A stretch of 64,000 nucleotides of DNA from Candidatus Lustribacter sp. (lineage in GTDB: Bacteria > Vulcanimicrobiota > Vulcanimicrobiia > Vulcanimicrobiales > Vulcanimicrobiaceae): assembly GCA_965277805.1 (NCBI GenBank), contig OZ255842.1:3808001-3872000 (forward strand). Direction: 5' to 3'. Each line of letters starts with the position of its first letter. Position 1 is the first letter of the stretch. Under the pieces are notes generated by a model that made no database searches, was not told where the DNA came from, and saw only the letters and a program-made list of their open reading frames with translations. The position numbers and the translations under genes are program-made. Shown here piece by piece: positions 1 to 10,706 of this stretch.

Positions 1-181
1 CAACGTTGCCGGCATTCGCGCTCTCGAGAACGAGGAAAAGCACTTCGGTCTGTCGCTTCGTCAGCTCATAGCGACTCGCAGCGCGCGCAATGTGCACGCA
101 TCGTTTCAATGCGCTTCTGCAGCGGGTGGCGAACGACGCGTTGCCCCAGAGCATACGTTGGGCCGCTGACGAGGACCGCAT
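1..181 (-). pseudogene. Partial or decayed LuxR-type HTH regulator running off the left edge
   Basis: Minus-strand translation ...AASRYELTKRQTEVLFLVLESANAGNV resembles the LuxR HTH start (LTxRExEVLxL). An in-frame stop lies upstream at 212-214. Not in the ORF track. Confidence 0.4.
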
Positions 182-315
182 TTGCCCGAGCTGCCGGGCG
201 TCTCTACTGCCTCAGGCGAGGCCTCGTCTGAAGCGTGCTCGTTTTGCGGCTACGGCGGTACAGTTCGCTCTTTATAGTCGGACCGGCAGACTCGACCGCG
301 ACAGTCGCATTGCGA

Positions 316-1197
316 TTACGCGGCGGGGCGCAATCGCTTAACCTTCTTAAACCAATCCTTGGCTATCTTTTTGCCGTAACGGACAAAGCACGCCAAACAA
401 AAACGCAGCGTTGGCTCCATGTATTGACGGATCTTACCAGCATACTGTTCCGGATGCACCATATCGATAATGGGCGGCTTCCCTGCCAGATATCGAAAAG
501 GAACGCTTTCTGCGGATCGATTAACGAAAATGAAAGCGTTTTGTCTATACCACACTTCGACAGCTGTATTTTCCCAAAACTGGCTGCGCAGAACATCCAA
601 GCACTCGTAGCCATAACTCTCAAAAAGGGCGATCCAGTAGGACTGCCACCGTTCATTCAAATGATTGGTGCCGCCTTGCTGTTCAATCGCGGCGCTGAAA
701 AGCACGATATCCGACGCTGCGCATAGAGTCCCCACGAATTCCCTCGCACGAGATTCGGTGAGATGCTCGGCAACTTCCAACGAGATGCATAAGTCGTATC
801 TGTCCAGGATGTTCAGTTTCTGTTCGAAGTTCACCGGCGTAAATTTGATGTTCGAACTAACTAACTCTCCTCTCTGAACCCAACTACCGTCCAAACCCTC
901 AAGAAGGGTGCTACCGAGCTCCTCAGCAGCCAAGAGCCAACAACCCCGACCGCACCCGACGTCGAGCACGGATCGTGGCTGATAAAGTTGAAACACTCTT
1001 TCTAGCACTATGCGCGCCGAACGTAAAGAACCGTCTACTTGTTCCCTATAGAACGACCGATCATACGGTGTACGGATCTCCGCGTTTGTCACCTCTAATA
1101 CCAAACTCCCGTTAAACTCAGACTGCGAGAATGTCCATTGTTTCGCCACTTCGTCGTTTCGGCACTTCGTCGGCGAACATGCCGACCTTGGAACCAC
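316..1197 (-). CDS. Class I SAM-dependent methyltransferase (polysaccharide-cluster type)
   Basis: VLDVGCGRG motif I, SLEVAEHL, QGGTNHLNE. True start is probably downstream of 1197. Confidence 0.85.
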   Translation of the reverse strand: MVPRSACSPTKCRNDEVAKQWTFSQSEFNGSLVLEVTNAEIRTPYDRSFYREQVDGSLRSARIVLERVFQLYQPRSVLDVGCGRGCWLLAAEELGSTLLEGLDGSWVQRGELVSSNIKFTPVNFEQKLNILDRYDLCISLEVAEHLTESRAREFVGTLCAASDIVLFSAAIEQQGGTNHLNERWQSYWIALFESYGYECLDVLRSQFWENTAVEVWYRQNAFIFVNRSAESVPFRYLAGKPPIIDMVHPEQYAGKIRQYMEPTLRFCLACFVRYGKKIAKDWFKKVKRLRPAA

Positions 1198-1405
1198 AAG
1201 CCTGATAGCAAACCATTAAATTAGGCTGTTACTTGCTTGATTCGACGCCGTTTCTTTTAGTTGCGCGCCGCGGGAGTTAGAATGGTAGATTTTATCCGAT
1301 TATCGGACGGCTCTGCGAGCAAGCGCCTTGTCGAGTTCGGCGGAATCGTTACTATGCGGCAGCAATACTTGTGCCCTGCCCGCTTACTACCGGCCAAAGA
1401 GGGTC

Positions 1406-2023
1406 ATGGAAGTTATGCCTCCTGAGCGCTTCACGTTCAGCGATAAGCCAGCGCGACGAAGCACTCGTCGTCTATTCGATATAATAGTCGCGTTAATGTT
1501 GACGCTTCCGACAGCAATCGTACTCGTGGCAGCGTCCATCGCCATCAAACTAGAGGATGGCGGCCCGGTATTATTTACTCAACGACGGGTCGGTCGCTTT
1601 GAGCGCCTTTTTACTATTTATAAGCTGAGAACAATGAAACTCGGTCGAAACGCTGACGCGGTTTCACCCAGCTCTGGCAACGACGCGCGAATTACTCGTG
1701 TCGGATTTTGGTTGCGCAAGCTATCGATCGACGAATTGCCCCAGCTCATTAATGTTTTAAAGGGCGATATGACGCTTATCGGTCCACGCCCTGAGATGCC
1801 ATTCCTCGTGCGCCGATATGAGCCATGGCAACACCTGCGTCATCTTGCAACTCCCGGCATCACAGGCTTGTGGCAGGTCCGCGCGCGGTCCAAAATTCCC
1901 CTGCACCATCCTGAAGCAACGGCGTACGACATTGCCTACATTGCGACGGCATCTCCGGCAACCGATTCTGCCATCCTGATTGCCACCATTCGTGGAATTT
2001 TTTCGACGCAGGGGGCGTATTAG
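1406..2023 (+). CDS. Priming sugar transferase (polyprenyl-phosphate phosphoglycosyl transferase, Bac_transf)
   Basis: RRLFDI, FTQRRVG, YKLRTM, SIDELPQLINVLKGDMTLIGPRP, PGITGLWQV. Start is uncertain. Confidence 0.93.
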   Translation: MEVMPPERFTFSDKPARRSTRRLFDIIVALMLTLPTAIVLVAASIAIKLEDGGPVLFTQRRVGRFERLFTIYKLRTMKLGRNADAVSPSSGNDARITRVGFWLRKLSIDELPQLINVLKGDMTLIGPRPEMPFLVRRYEPWQHLRHLATPGITGLWQVRARSKIPLHHPEATAYDIAYIATASPATDSAILIATIRGIFSTQGAY

Positions 2024-2122
2024 TCGCAACGTAGCCGGCAGATCAACAAACCATTGCGCACGCGCAGCTACTAATCGGTTTGTGCGTGAACGTTCGGGAT
2101 GAGTTCTGCGAACAATCACATC

Positions 2123-2150
2123 TAACAGGATCCAAGTAACAGGATCTAAG
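2123..2150. repeat. 14-bp tandem direct repeat, 2 copies, 1 mismatch
   Basis: TAACAGGATCCAAG TAACAGGATCTAAG, intergenic. Confidence 0.8.
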
Positions 2151-2505
2151 CCGCTACCGAAAGCTAAGCCCACGGCCTCCGTTCGGCGTTCGTCGGCGCC
2201 TCGATAGTCTTGAACTAACTAGTCCCAATTATCTACGCTCCAGCGATTGTCGTGATCAAATCCGCTTCAAACGAAGCCTAGGGCGGGAAATACTGCGCAA
2301 GGCGTCCGATACCCTGAAACGAAGCGTAAACGCGTAACCTCCATCTTGTTCAAGTTCTCCGGAAAACGCGAAACTGGTCCTCCGCATCGACCGCCGGTGT
2401 CAGGTCAACGCGTCACATGCCCCAGGGCTGTGTCGCAAACACGACACCCGCAAGCGGTAAAGGCTCCCTCTATGACATGCATCTGCTGAACAACGAAGTA
2501 CCAGT

Positions 2506-3639
2506 TTGATAAAAGTCGCATTCGCAAATCGATCTGGCGGCGAAACAGGCGGCGCGGAGGAGAGCCTGGCGCTTTTGATTTCCCACATGCCACAAGATTT
2601 TGAACTTCATTCTATACTCTTTGGAGACGGAGACTATGCTCAACGCCTCCGAGACATGGGAGTGATTGTGCACGTGCTAACTATGCCTGATGCTCTGCTC
2701 GAAAGCGTGCGCGAGCGGCCTAGTATTCGCGGCATGTTCGAGACACCAGCCGCCGTCGTCCGTGTTGCGAATCTTTTGAGAAGAGAACAAATCGACGTCG
2801 TTCATACGAACACCGTTAAATCGCATCTTATTGTTGCGCCTGCGGCTCGTCTCTCCGGAGTGGGAAGCGTGATCCATCTCCGCGACATGGTAGCAGGACC
2901 GGGCAAGGCTCTTCTTCAGGGAGTTGGAAGCCTCGCCTGCGACGCGCGCATTGCGATTTCAACTGCGGTGGCGCGATGGTACGATATTCCGAAAACCACA
3001 GTGATTCCAAATCCTGTTAACCTTGAAGCATACGCGGCGTTGCCATCACGCATGGTGGCCCGTGCTCAACTCGATATTCCCAATGACGGACTGCCCCTTG
3101 TATCCATCGTGGGTCGGATCAACCGCTGGAAACAACACGATGTCTTCTTACGTATAATAAAAACCGTCGCCGAAACAAAACCGGTCCGATGCGCTATCGT
3201 TGGCGAGGCGCGGTTTCGAGATGCTGATTTCATTCCTGAGCTGCGTGAACTTGCCAAACATCTGCGGATCGAGCATCTCGTTCACTTCGTGCCGTGGCAG
3301 CAAGATCTCACTACGACCTATGCCGCGACCGATATCCTTTGTAACTGCTCGATACGCGAGCCCTTTGGCAGAACGATGATTGAAGCCGCTGCAGCCGGGG
3401 TGCCATGCATAGCCTTCGACGACGGCGGTGCAACAGATATTATCGAAAGCGGAAAAAACGGATACATTGTGACAGCAGGGGATGAAGCCGCCTTCGCCGA
3501 TGCGCTTTCTCTTCTCCTAATCGACGAGCGTCGTCAGGTTTTTGGATTAGCTGCCAAAGAAGCCTCAATTCGCTTTGCCGCTCCGGCACATGGAGATGCA
3601 GTCGCAAGCATATTGCGGAAACACGTACGCATTAGATGA
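2506..3639 (+). CDS. GT4 family glycosyltransferase
   Basis: GGAEESL, VGRINRWK, EPFGRTMIEAAAAG (EX7E). Confidence 0.93.
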   Translation: MIKVAFANRSGGETGGAEESLALLISHMPQDFELHSILFGDGDYAQRLRDMGVIVHVLTMPDALLESVRERPSIRGMFETPAAVVRVANLLRREQIDVVHTNTVKSHLIVAPAARLSGVGSVIHLRDMVAGPGKALLQGVGSLACDARIAISTAVARWYDIPKTTVIPNPVNLEAYAALPSRMVARAQLDIPNDGLPLVSIVGRINRWKQHDVFLRIIKTVAETKPVRCAIVGEARFRDADFIPELRELAKHLRIEHLVHFVPWQQDLTTTYAATDILCNCSIREPFGRTMIEAAAAGVPCIAFDDGGATDIIESGKNGYIVTAGDEAAFADALSLLLIDERRQVFGLAAKEASIRFAAPAHGDAVASILRKHVRIR

Positions 3640-3772
3640 CGTTGTCCCTTCTGCAGGCAGCCACAGTCGAATCCGGCGATCGTCGCCAGTTTACCACTTG
3701 TTTTTCACGAGGTTATCTCATTGTGACCGAGGTGAGATACCTCGACATCGGCCGTCCCCAAGTCGAAGACTT

Positions 3773-5101
3773 ATGATGGCTTCTTTTGCCTCCAGCGTTT
3801 TGCAGCGGTTCAAATGGATTTTTTCTGCGCGCTCGTCCATGGCTGCAGTCGCTCACACGTTTGCAGCCCGCGGACTCGTCACGCTCATTAATGTTATTAA
3901 TGGCGTCCTGGTAGCGCGCGCCCTTGCGCCGGCAGGGCGAGGGGAACAAACCGCCCTCATCCTTTGGCCGGAAGTTCTTTGCGGCCTCTGCACGCTCGGA
4001 ATCCCGGCCGCGCTTCGCTACAGTATCCGGCGCAGCGTCAAAGACACGGCTCCGCTATTCACAGTCGCACTAGTTTATGGCGTCGCACTTGGATGTGTTG
4101 CCACGGCCATAGGCGTTGCATTTATCCCCCTTTGGCTGCACGGGTATTCAGAAGGAACCGTGAGATTCGCTCAGATGCTCATGATCTTCGCGCCGGCGAT
4201 CATGGTGGGCGTCGTATATCAAGCTTTTCTTGAAGCGCGGGCTGACTTTCGGACCTCGAATTTCATTCTCTACGCAGGGCCGTGTTTGACGTTAATGATT
4301 TTAATCGCGCTATTGATTTCGCGGCAGGCGACACCGCGCTTGACGTCACTCGCTTACCTATTGCCGACTGTCGTCCTCACGGCCTTTCGCGCGCACAGCT
4401 TTCGACGTTTCATTGTGTTGCGATTTGCGTTTCTGAGGTTTAGTAAACGTCTCTTGTCCTATGGAATCCCGGCATTTGGCATCGATGTCCTTAGGACGTT
4501 GTCGACTCAGGTTGACCAGGCGCTAGTAATAAGATTACTTACAGCCTCTGAATTAGGACTTTATACCGTAGCACTGAGTGCATCGCGGTTACTGAGTATC
4601 GTCCAAGCTTCGCTCAGCACAGTTTTGCTACCGCGTGCGTCGGGGCTCGCACTAGAGGAAGCGCTTCCCCTTATCGGGCGTGCCGCGAGACTCACGTTCG
4701 CCATTACTGGCTGTTGTGCCGTGCTCGCTGCTATTACGTTCCCCTTCCTAATTCCTAGACTCTATGGTGCCGCCTTTTTGCCGGCCGTTCCGATTGCACA
4801 AGTACTCACGGCTGAAGTCACCATAGCCGATCTGACGTACATCCTCGCTCAAGCGTTTCTTACTAGCGGCCGACCTGGTATCGTTTCAATCTTGCAGGGC
4901 GTGGGCCTCGCCGCAGCCCTCCCGTTAATGCTGATGTTGATCCCCCGTTTTGGGCTACTAGGCGCCGCTCTTTCATTGCTCGCTTCAACGATTCTTCGGT
5001 TAGTATTCGTGATGATATGTTATCCGTTGGTATTGGCTCGCAAAGCACCCAATCTAATTCTTTGTCGCCGCGACATCTTATTTTTGGTGTCTAAATTCTA
5101 G
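3773..5101 (+). CDS. Wzx-type oligosaccharide flippase
   Basis: ARALAPAGRG, ELGLYTVA, IPRFGLLGAA; about 12 hydrophobic segments. Confidence 0.9.
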   Translation: MMASFASSVLQRFKWIFSARSSMAAVAHTFAARGLVTLINVINGVLVARALAPAGRGEQTALILWPEVLCGLCTLGIPAALRYSIRRSVKDTAPLFTVALVYGVALGCVATAIGVAFIPLWLHGYSEGTVRFAQMLMIFAPAIMVGVVYQAFLEARADFRTSNFILYAGPCLTLMILIALLISRQATPRLTSLAYLLPTVVLTAFRAHSFRRFIVLRFAFLRFSKRLLSYGIPAFGIDVLRTLSTQVDQALVIRLLTASELGLYTVALSASRLLSIVQASLSTVLLPRASGLALEEALPLIGRAARLTFAITGCCAVLAAITFPFLIPRLYGAAFLPAVPIAQVLTAEVTIADLTYILAQAFLTSGRPGIVSILQGVGLAAALPLMLMLIPRFGLLGAALSLLASTILRLVFVMICYPLVLARKAPNLILCRRDILFLVSKF

Positions 5102-5297
5102 CGGTGTAAGGCGCTTGCCAACTCTACGCACCGAGTAAATAAAATGACATGATGCCGTACGCATTGCGAAGAGAAATTGCGCGCCTGACTCCATCCGCGG
5201 ATAAAACTGTCGTCACCTTTGTTCATGTCCTTGCACCCGTCTGCCGATACCTCAAGAAGAGTCTTCACTTTCACCTTCGGGAATCCACGAGGATAAA

Positions 5298-6644
5298 ATG
5301 CGTCACCGCAGCGCCGTAGCGCTCTTGGCTCTGCTACTGGAAACGTCTTGCGGTGGTGCCACATCGAACCAGGCGCCCGCAAGCACGCTCCCACCTCAGA
5401 GTGTGTCCGCTACAATTGCACCTTCGATCAGCTCTAACGCGCCAAACGCCATCTGGTCCGACAAAATTGTCGACGCTATTGGTGTCAACACCAGTTTCAA
5501 TAATTCAGGTACGCCGTACGTGACCGATTGGTCTGCGATTTCAGCGTTGCTTATCGCGTCCGGGATCCGGCACATCCGGGACGGTGCAACTGGATCACCA
5601 CCTTGGTATTACGGCGATATCAACATGCTCGCAACACGCGGCATACGTAGTCTGACAGGTTTCTGCACAAGCGATACCGATTCTACGATCGCGTCTTACA
5701 TAACTCTTGTGCCAGCCGTTGAAGGCGTTGAATATTGCAACGAATACGATACCAGTCATCCTTCGAGCGACACGAACTGGGCAGCAACTGACATTGCCGG
5801 TCAACAAAAACTTTTCGCTGATATTAAGAGTAATCCGGCTTATTCCGGTGTACTCGTAGAGGGTCCCTCACTTGCGCAGATCGACACGGCAGTAGACGTT
5901 GGCAATTTGAGTCAGTTTATGGATGTAGGGACTGAGCATGACTACACAATGTGCAACTTGAATCCGGGAAACACTGTCGGCTCCGGCAATAATCATCCAC
6001 CGTATGGAATATACGGCACTATTGCATTTACCCTAAGCCAAGAAAAGCTGATATCCGGCGATAGACCTGTCTGGACGACGGAAACGGGCTACGATGATAA
6101 TCCGGCGAGCAGTTGCTACCTGCCGGATGCGATAATAGCGCGCTACTATCCGCGGCAGGTTCTAGAACGGTGGTTAAGCGGGATAAGTCGCACGTACTTC
6201 TTCCAATTCGCGAACGTCCCAAGCGATGTCACGATGGGCACCTTGGGAATGCTCGACAATAACCAGAACGCGAAACCTCAATTCGCTGCGATTAAGAACT
6301 TTATCGCACTGCTGGCAGACCCTGGCGGAGCTTTCGTACCTGGTTCGCTCACTTTTCAGCTCGCGGGCGTACCTGCGAGTGTGCATCAGTTGCTGATGGA
6401 AAAGCAAAATGGAACATTCTACCTTGCACTGTGGAATGAGGTCGCAGGCTATAATCCGAGCACTGAGCAGATGACGAGTTCAACAGTTGTCAGTGGAACG
6501 CTGTTGCTATCCAAGACTCCTCGAAGCATCAGTCAAACAACATTTGCAGACGATGGATCAGTCGCTTCGACGAATCTCACCACGGGGTCCACAGTGCCGC
6601 TCGCGATCACTGACCACCTTACGGTCCTGGCGATACAACCGTAG
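5298..6644 (+). CDS. Secreted (possibly lipo-) clan-A glycoside hydrolase-like protein
   Basis: Signal peptide ending TSC; GIRHIRDG; NEYD acid/base; VWTTETGY nucleophile-like motif; paralog of 19828-21144. Confidence 0.7.
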   Translation: MRHRSAVALLALLLETSCGGATSNQAPASTLPPQSVSATIAPSISSNAPNAIWSDKIVDAIGVNTSFNNSGTPYVTDWSAISALLIASGIRHIRDGATGSPPWYYGDINMLATRGIRSLTGFCTSDTDSTIASYITLVPAVEGVEYCNEYDTSHPSSDTNWAATDIAGQQKLFADIKSNPAYSGVLVEGPSLAQIDTAVDVGNLSQFMDVGTEHDYTMCNLNPGNTVGSGNNHPPYGIYGTIAFTLSQEKLISGDRPVWTTETGYDDNPASSCYLPDAIIARYYPRQVLERWLSGISRTYFFQFANVPSDVTMGTLGMLDNNQNAKPQFAAIKNFIALLADPGGAFVPGSLTFQLAGVPASVHQLLMEKQNGTFYLALWNEVAGYNPSTEQMTSSTVVSGTLLLSKTPRSISQTTFADDGSVASTNLTTGSTVPLAITDHLTVLAIQP

Positions 6645-7749
6645 GGATCCGCGGCGTGTTAGAAATCGCGTTACGGCCTAGTAAAGACCGGTAGAGCTGA
6701 AAGGTTTCTTCCGCCATTCTGTGCACCTGGAACGCAGCTAGTCCGTGCATCGCGCGTTCACGGTAGGTGGCGAGAAGGTCAGGATCACCAAGCAGGGCCA
6801 TAATCGCATCGCTAATCGCGTTCGCGTCACCGACTGGGACCAGAATTCCGGCATCTCCGAAGTCCAAAGCCTCGGGAATACCACCGGTCGCGCTGGCAAT
6901 TACTGCGCACCCTGCTGCACGCGCCTCGAGGATCGCCAGAGCTAGCGACTCGTGACGTGAGGGGAGCACGAAAATATCACTTGCGATCAAATACCGCTCA
7001 GGCTCGGGCGTGAAACCAACAAAGTGTATGCGTGAAGAGGCGACCGTAGCCGCAGCCTGTTTGGTAAACGTTTCGCGGTCTGGCCCGTCACCGACAATAT
7101 ACAGATGAGGTGGGACGTCCGACTCGGCAAGTTTCGCGAACGCCTCGATAGCTACATCAATTCCCTTATGCATGTAGAGCCCTGCAACCGTAACGATCGC
7201 TGGACGTTGAAGTTCGGCCGGAACCGCGTTCGCAGCTGATGGGCGCCTCAACGTACCGATCGGTGCGTTGCGAATCACGTGCAATTTCCTTCGGGGTATG
7301 CCTCTGGAAGCTAAAAGCTCGATATTCGCTGCACTCACTGCAATGACGGCATCGGCCAGTCCCATTAGCGCAGAATCTCGGCGAAAGGCAACGTGTACTG
7401 TGCCGACGATCCGGTATCGGTCGCGCCAACGTAGCATTCGGGCCAGAACAATTGCAGCCAGCACGTGTACATGCACGATGTCAGGTTTAAGCTGCCGGAT
7501 AAGACGTCGAAAACGCCACGCAAGCATTATTAGCGTTAGCGGATTTCGGCTCACCGGCAAATCAACAACTTGGACGCCGGAAGACTCAAGGAGCCCGCGA
7601 AAACTCCCGTCCGCAGCTGCGACCGTTACCGAATGTCCGGCTTCCGCTTGTGAGCATGCAAGATCGACCACCACATTTGCAATTCCGTTTCCTCTATCGC
7701 GAATAGCGTGCAAAACGTGCACGATTGTCATCTGGTTTTCGTCATACAT
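6619..7749 (-). CDS. GT4 family glycosyltransferase
   Basis: PDIVHVH, HKGIDV, FVLPSRHESLALAILEA. Confidence 0.93.
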   Translation of the reverse strand: MYDENQMTIVHVLHAIRDRGNGIANVVVDLACSQAEAGHSVTVAAADGSFRGLLESSGVQVVDLPVSRNPLTLIMLAWRFRRLIRQLKPDIVHVHVLAAIVLARMLRWRDRYRIVGTVHVAFRRDSALMGLADAVIAVSAANIELLASRGIPRRKLHVIRNAPIGTLRRPSAANAVPAELQRPAIVTVAGLYMHKGIDVAIEAFAKLAESDVPPHLYIVGDGPDRETFTKQAAATVASSRIHFVGFTPEPERYLIASDIFVLPSRHESLALAILEARAAGCAVIASATGGIPEALDFGDAGILVPVGDANAISDAIMALLGDPDLLATYRERAMHGLAAFQVHRMAEETFQLYRSLLGRNAISNTPRIPTVVSPGP

Positions 7750-9262
7750 AGCGCATCTTCCGTCCTCGCCAAATCGCGCTTAGAGGTCGTAAATGCGGAA
7801 AGCAGTGCACCTTGTCTTGCCTCAAATCAATGGCAGTCCGCGAACCATCTGACGCAATTGTATGCAGGCCTGTCCAGTTTCCAAAGCGAGAAGGCAGCAC
7901 CTGACATACAGATCTCTCGACGTAACGATCCGGCTCCAACGTCAACACTTCATTTACCGTTATGCCACCACCATAGCTCAGCGAGCAGTCCTGCGACGGT
8001 CGGTATAGAATCTTCCCGACACAATAAAGCGGTCCGGCGGGGCGGCTCGCGCTGATATCACTTCGCACCGGATTCTGAGAGTGCGGTATCCATGGGCCAT
8101 GTATGTCTTCAGCCCAATAGATGAAGAGATTCAATAGCGGGTCAGCCGACTGAAGCGTGCAAAAGAGCCACCAACGCTCGCCGTCATAATGGAACGTGCC
8201 GTCGGTAACGTCAAGATCTCGTACGAATGGAACGTCAGGCCGCCAGCTGTACGGGAAAGAGGTACATCTATATGAATTAACAGCGCGAGCTGCGCCACTT
8301 TCTGGCGCGATGTAGAGTTCATCGCCGGCTTCGACTATGAAGGGATACGAGAGGTGATGGGGCTCCTCGATGATTACGCGTTCATCGGTGAGCGAACCGT
8401 CCGTAAGGACGGTGGAGGCGGCGATGACGCCGCGACCTCGTGCTTCTTCGTAAAGTTCATAGAATACGGCCGTTGTACCGTTCCGGTTCCAAAGGAACGG
8501 ATCGGCGATGAAGGCGCGTCCTTTGCGAATAGGCGACCAAGCAATGGCAGTGCCGGCGGTGTCTGCAATTTCATGTGCTGATCCGTCCATAATTCCGATC
8601 GTCCACGCATCGCTAACGAAAAGACGAGCCAATACCTTCTTTACCGGCGCCCGAATAATCCGAGTGCCAAAGGCTATTGGGTCGGGGTGCTTGTATGGGA
8701 CGGGCTGCGTGCATGCATCGGCCCCCGGGAGCGGCATACGCCCCTTTAACCAGCGTACTGGCCACGAAGCGCAACTACGAAGAGCGCGATCAATGGTTGC
8801 GGTGTAGGACCAGCCGACTGGAAATCGCCCGAACGCCACAGTTGACGTTTCCCCTCCTTTCAGGCAGGTAAGCGTAATCTCGAAGCTTCCAGAGCCTTCG
8901 CCGACATCTCTCATAAAGGGAAACGTTTGCAAAGAGCCACCTTGGCCAAAGTGAAACCGAACATATGTCTCCGTTCCGACAGCGTCGAGTTCGTCTGGAA
9001 AACGCCGAAGGTCGAGCACGTCGAGACCTGCCAGAGACGAAGACGACGACCTCGAAACCGCTATTTCAGCTTCTTGTAACACCCCTGCTCGGCATCGTGA
9101 CATTGTCTGCAGAGCAAACCGATCGAAGACCGCGTTCCTCGTTCGCGCCACACTAGAACGAACCTCAGTATTGACGCCCGCGGAAATGAATGCATCAATA
9201 CAGGCCCGGTGCCAATCTAGATGAGGAGAGTCTATCAAGACGATCCACGACGGTCGGCTCAC
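7742..9262 (-). CDS. GINT1-N-like five-bladed beta-propeller protein (glucosamine inositolphosphorylceramide transferase-like family)
   Basis: FIADPF, HLSYPF, APES, SRPAG, LYRPSQDC..YG, GLHT motifs in the C-terminal two-thirds. Confidence 0.7.
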   Translation of the reverse strand: MSRPSWIVLIDSPHLDWHRACIDAFISAGVNTEVRSSVARTRNAVFDRFALQTMSRCRAGVLQEAEIAVSRSSSSSLAGLDVLDLRRFPDELDAVGTETYVRFHFGQGGSLQTFPFMRDVGEGSGSFEITLTCLKGGETSTVAFGRFPVGWSYTATIDRALRSCASWPVRWLKGRMPLPGADACTQPVPYKHPDPIAFGTRIIRAPVKKVLARLFVSDAWTIGIMDGSAHEIADTAGTAIAWSPIRKGRAFIADPFLWNRNGTTAVFYELYEEARGRGVIAASTVLTDGSLTDERVIIEEPHHLSYPFIVEAGDELYIAPESGAARAVNSYRCTSFPYSWRPDVPFVRDLDVTDGTFHYDGERWWLFCTLQSADPLLNLFIYWAEDIHGPWIPHSQNPVRSDISASRPAGPLYCVGKILYRPSQDCSLSYGGGITVNEVLTLEPDRYVERSVCQVLPSRFGNWTGLHTIASDGSRTAIDLRQDKVHCFPHLRPLSAIWRGRKMRYV

Positions 9263-10614
9263 TCTCGCGTTAAAGGCCCGAAAGCGGCAGCTTCCAGCTC
9301 TGCGTGCTCGCCGATGGATCGCTTGTTACTGACCATTGGCAACGTGGTGGCGACAGCCAGCCAAAAGAAAATTCCCATAAACCCATCGTGGTGATCCGCG
9401 GAGACGTCAAGCCAGACCAAAGCGAGTTGAATCGCGCAGCCAGCAATCGCGGGCCATGACCTTTGAAGCATGGTCCTGCGCACTGCTATGACGAGCGCTA
9501 AGATGATGGTACCTAGATACCCAAATAACCCGGGATAACCCAATTCGAGGAAACGCCCGACATAGCCGTTATCAAGTGTAGTCGTTTGCCCGGTGGAACC
9601 TACTTGGGTGGACGTCCCGAGGACACCAAGGCCGGCTCCAGTCGGACGTGACAGAGCATCGAATAGCGTTTCTTCGGTCTGATATATTCTGCTGGCAGTT
9701 GAGACATCGTTAGAAATGTCATTCAAAGAGTCGAAGCGTTGCTGTAGTATTTGTCCGGTGCGATCCGTTCCGATTAAAGCGGGTAAGGCGCCACTCAGCA
9801 ATACGGAAACAGCGATGACAGCCCCGACGTTCTGTAAAACGCTGCCGCGACGTTGCGTGCAACAAACGTAGTACAAAAGACCGACGCCTAGCGCGATCCA
9901 ATCCGCACGAACTTGTGTTAAAAGTAGGGCGAAAGTACAGCACGTATACTGCGCAAGTGGTAGAGGCGAAATGCGCAAACGCGGAAGATTCATTAGCAGC
10001 GCGATCACCAAAAAGTCGGCGAAGGGGGCTGCCGAGCTCATAACGCTAAAAATACGAAGTCCAAATGGTTCTGGCGAACCTATGCTTGTCAAACCCGAGG
10101 CGATTACCCATGCGGCGTCCCAAGGCGTAGGGGAAACGTACTGGGCTATGCCATACACGCTCGCGAGAGCGGCGCACCACAAAACGAACTCCGCCACACG
10201 GTCGTAGGTCTTCGGCGTGGCAATTTGATTGCTGGCTAGCCACAGGCCAAAAATGAGGGGCGCCATGAACTGGACGAAACTTGCAACGGTTGGTAACCCG
10301 TTGCCGGACACAATACCGATTGCGAATCCATATCCGTTAGTTCCAATCCAGCACCAGCCTAGTACCCTCATTGCCGGATTTATGTGGCGCCAGTCGCCCC
10401 GCAGCAGCGCGACACCCGGTGCGATGGACAGCAGCAGTGGCACCGCGTCAATCACAAGCGCAAAGCCACCGCTAGTGCGCCATTCAATGATCCGACGGAA
10501 GAAAGCGTAAAAGACCCAGGCGGCAAAAACAAAAAGTGCGTAGTACTGTCCCGCACGAGAGGCAGGCTTCTCTAAGAGAGAATTCGCAGCGTCACGCCGA
10601 ATCGCAGCAGTCAT
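9259..10614 (-). CDS. Wzy-like polymerase / O-antigen ligase family membrane protein
   Basis: Multi-TM protein; LRIFS, LLTQVRADW, PTGAGLG, DNGY..ELG. Confidence 0.8.
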   Translation of the reverse strand: MTAAIRRDAANSLLEKPASRAGQYYALFVFAAWVFYAFFRRIIEWRTSGGFALVIDAVPLLLSIAPGVALLRGDWRHINPAMRVLGWCWIGTNGYGFAIGIVSGNGLPTVASFVQFMAPLIFGLWLASNQIATPKTYDRVAEFVLWCAALASVYGIAQYVSPTPWDAAWVIASGLTSIGSPEPFGLRIFSVMSSAAPFADFLVIALLMNLPRLRISPLPLAQYTCCTFALLLTQVRADWIALGVGLLYYVCCTQRRGSVLQNVGAVIAVSVLLSGALPALIGTDRTGQILQQRFDSLNDISNDVSTASRIYQTEETLFDALSRPTGAGLGVLGTSTQVGSTGQTTTLDNGYVGRFLELGYPGLFGYLGTIILALVIAVRRTMLQRSWPAIAGCAIQLALVWLDVSADHHDGFMGIFFWLAVATTLPMVSNKRSIGEHAELEAAAFGPLTRE

Positions 10615-10706
10615 TACGACTCCGATCCGTTACGGAAAAACTTCAACTAGCCTGCGGTTGGGCGCCCCACGTCGAAGCAGCCAACTTCGTGCGCACATCG
10701 AATCCT

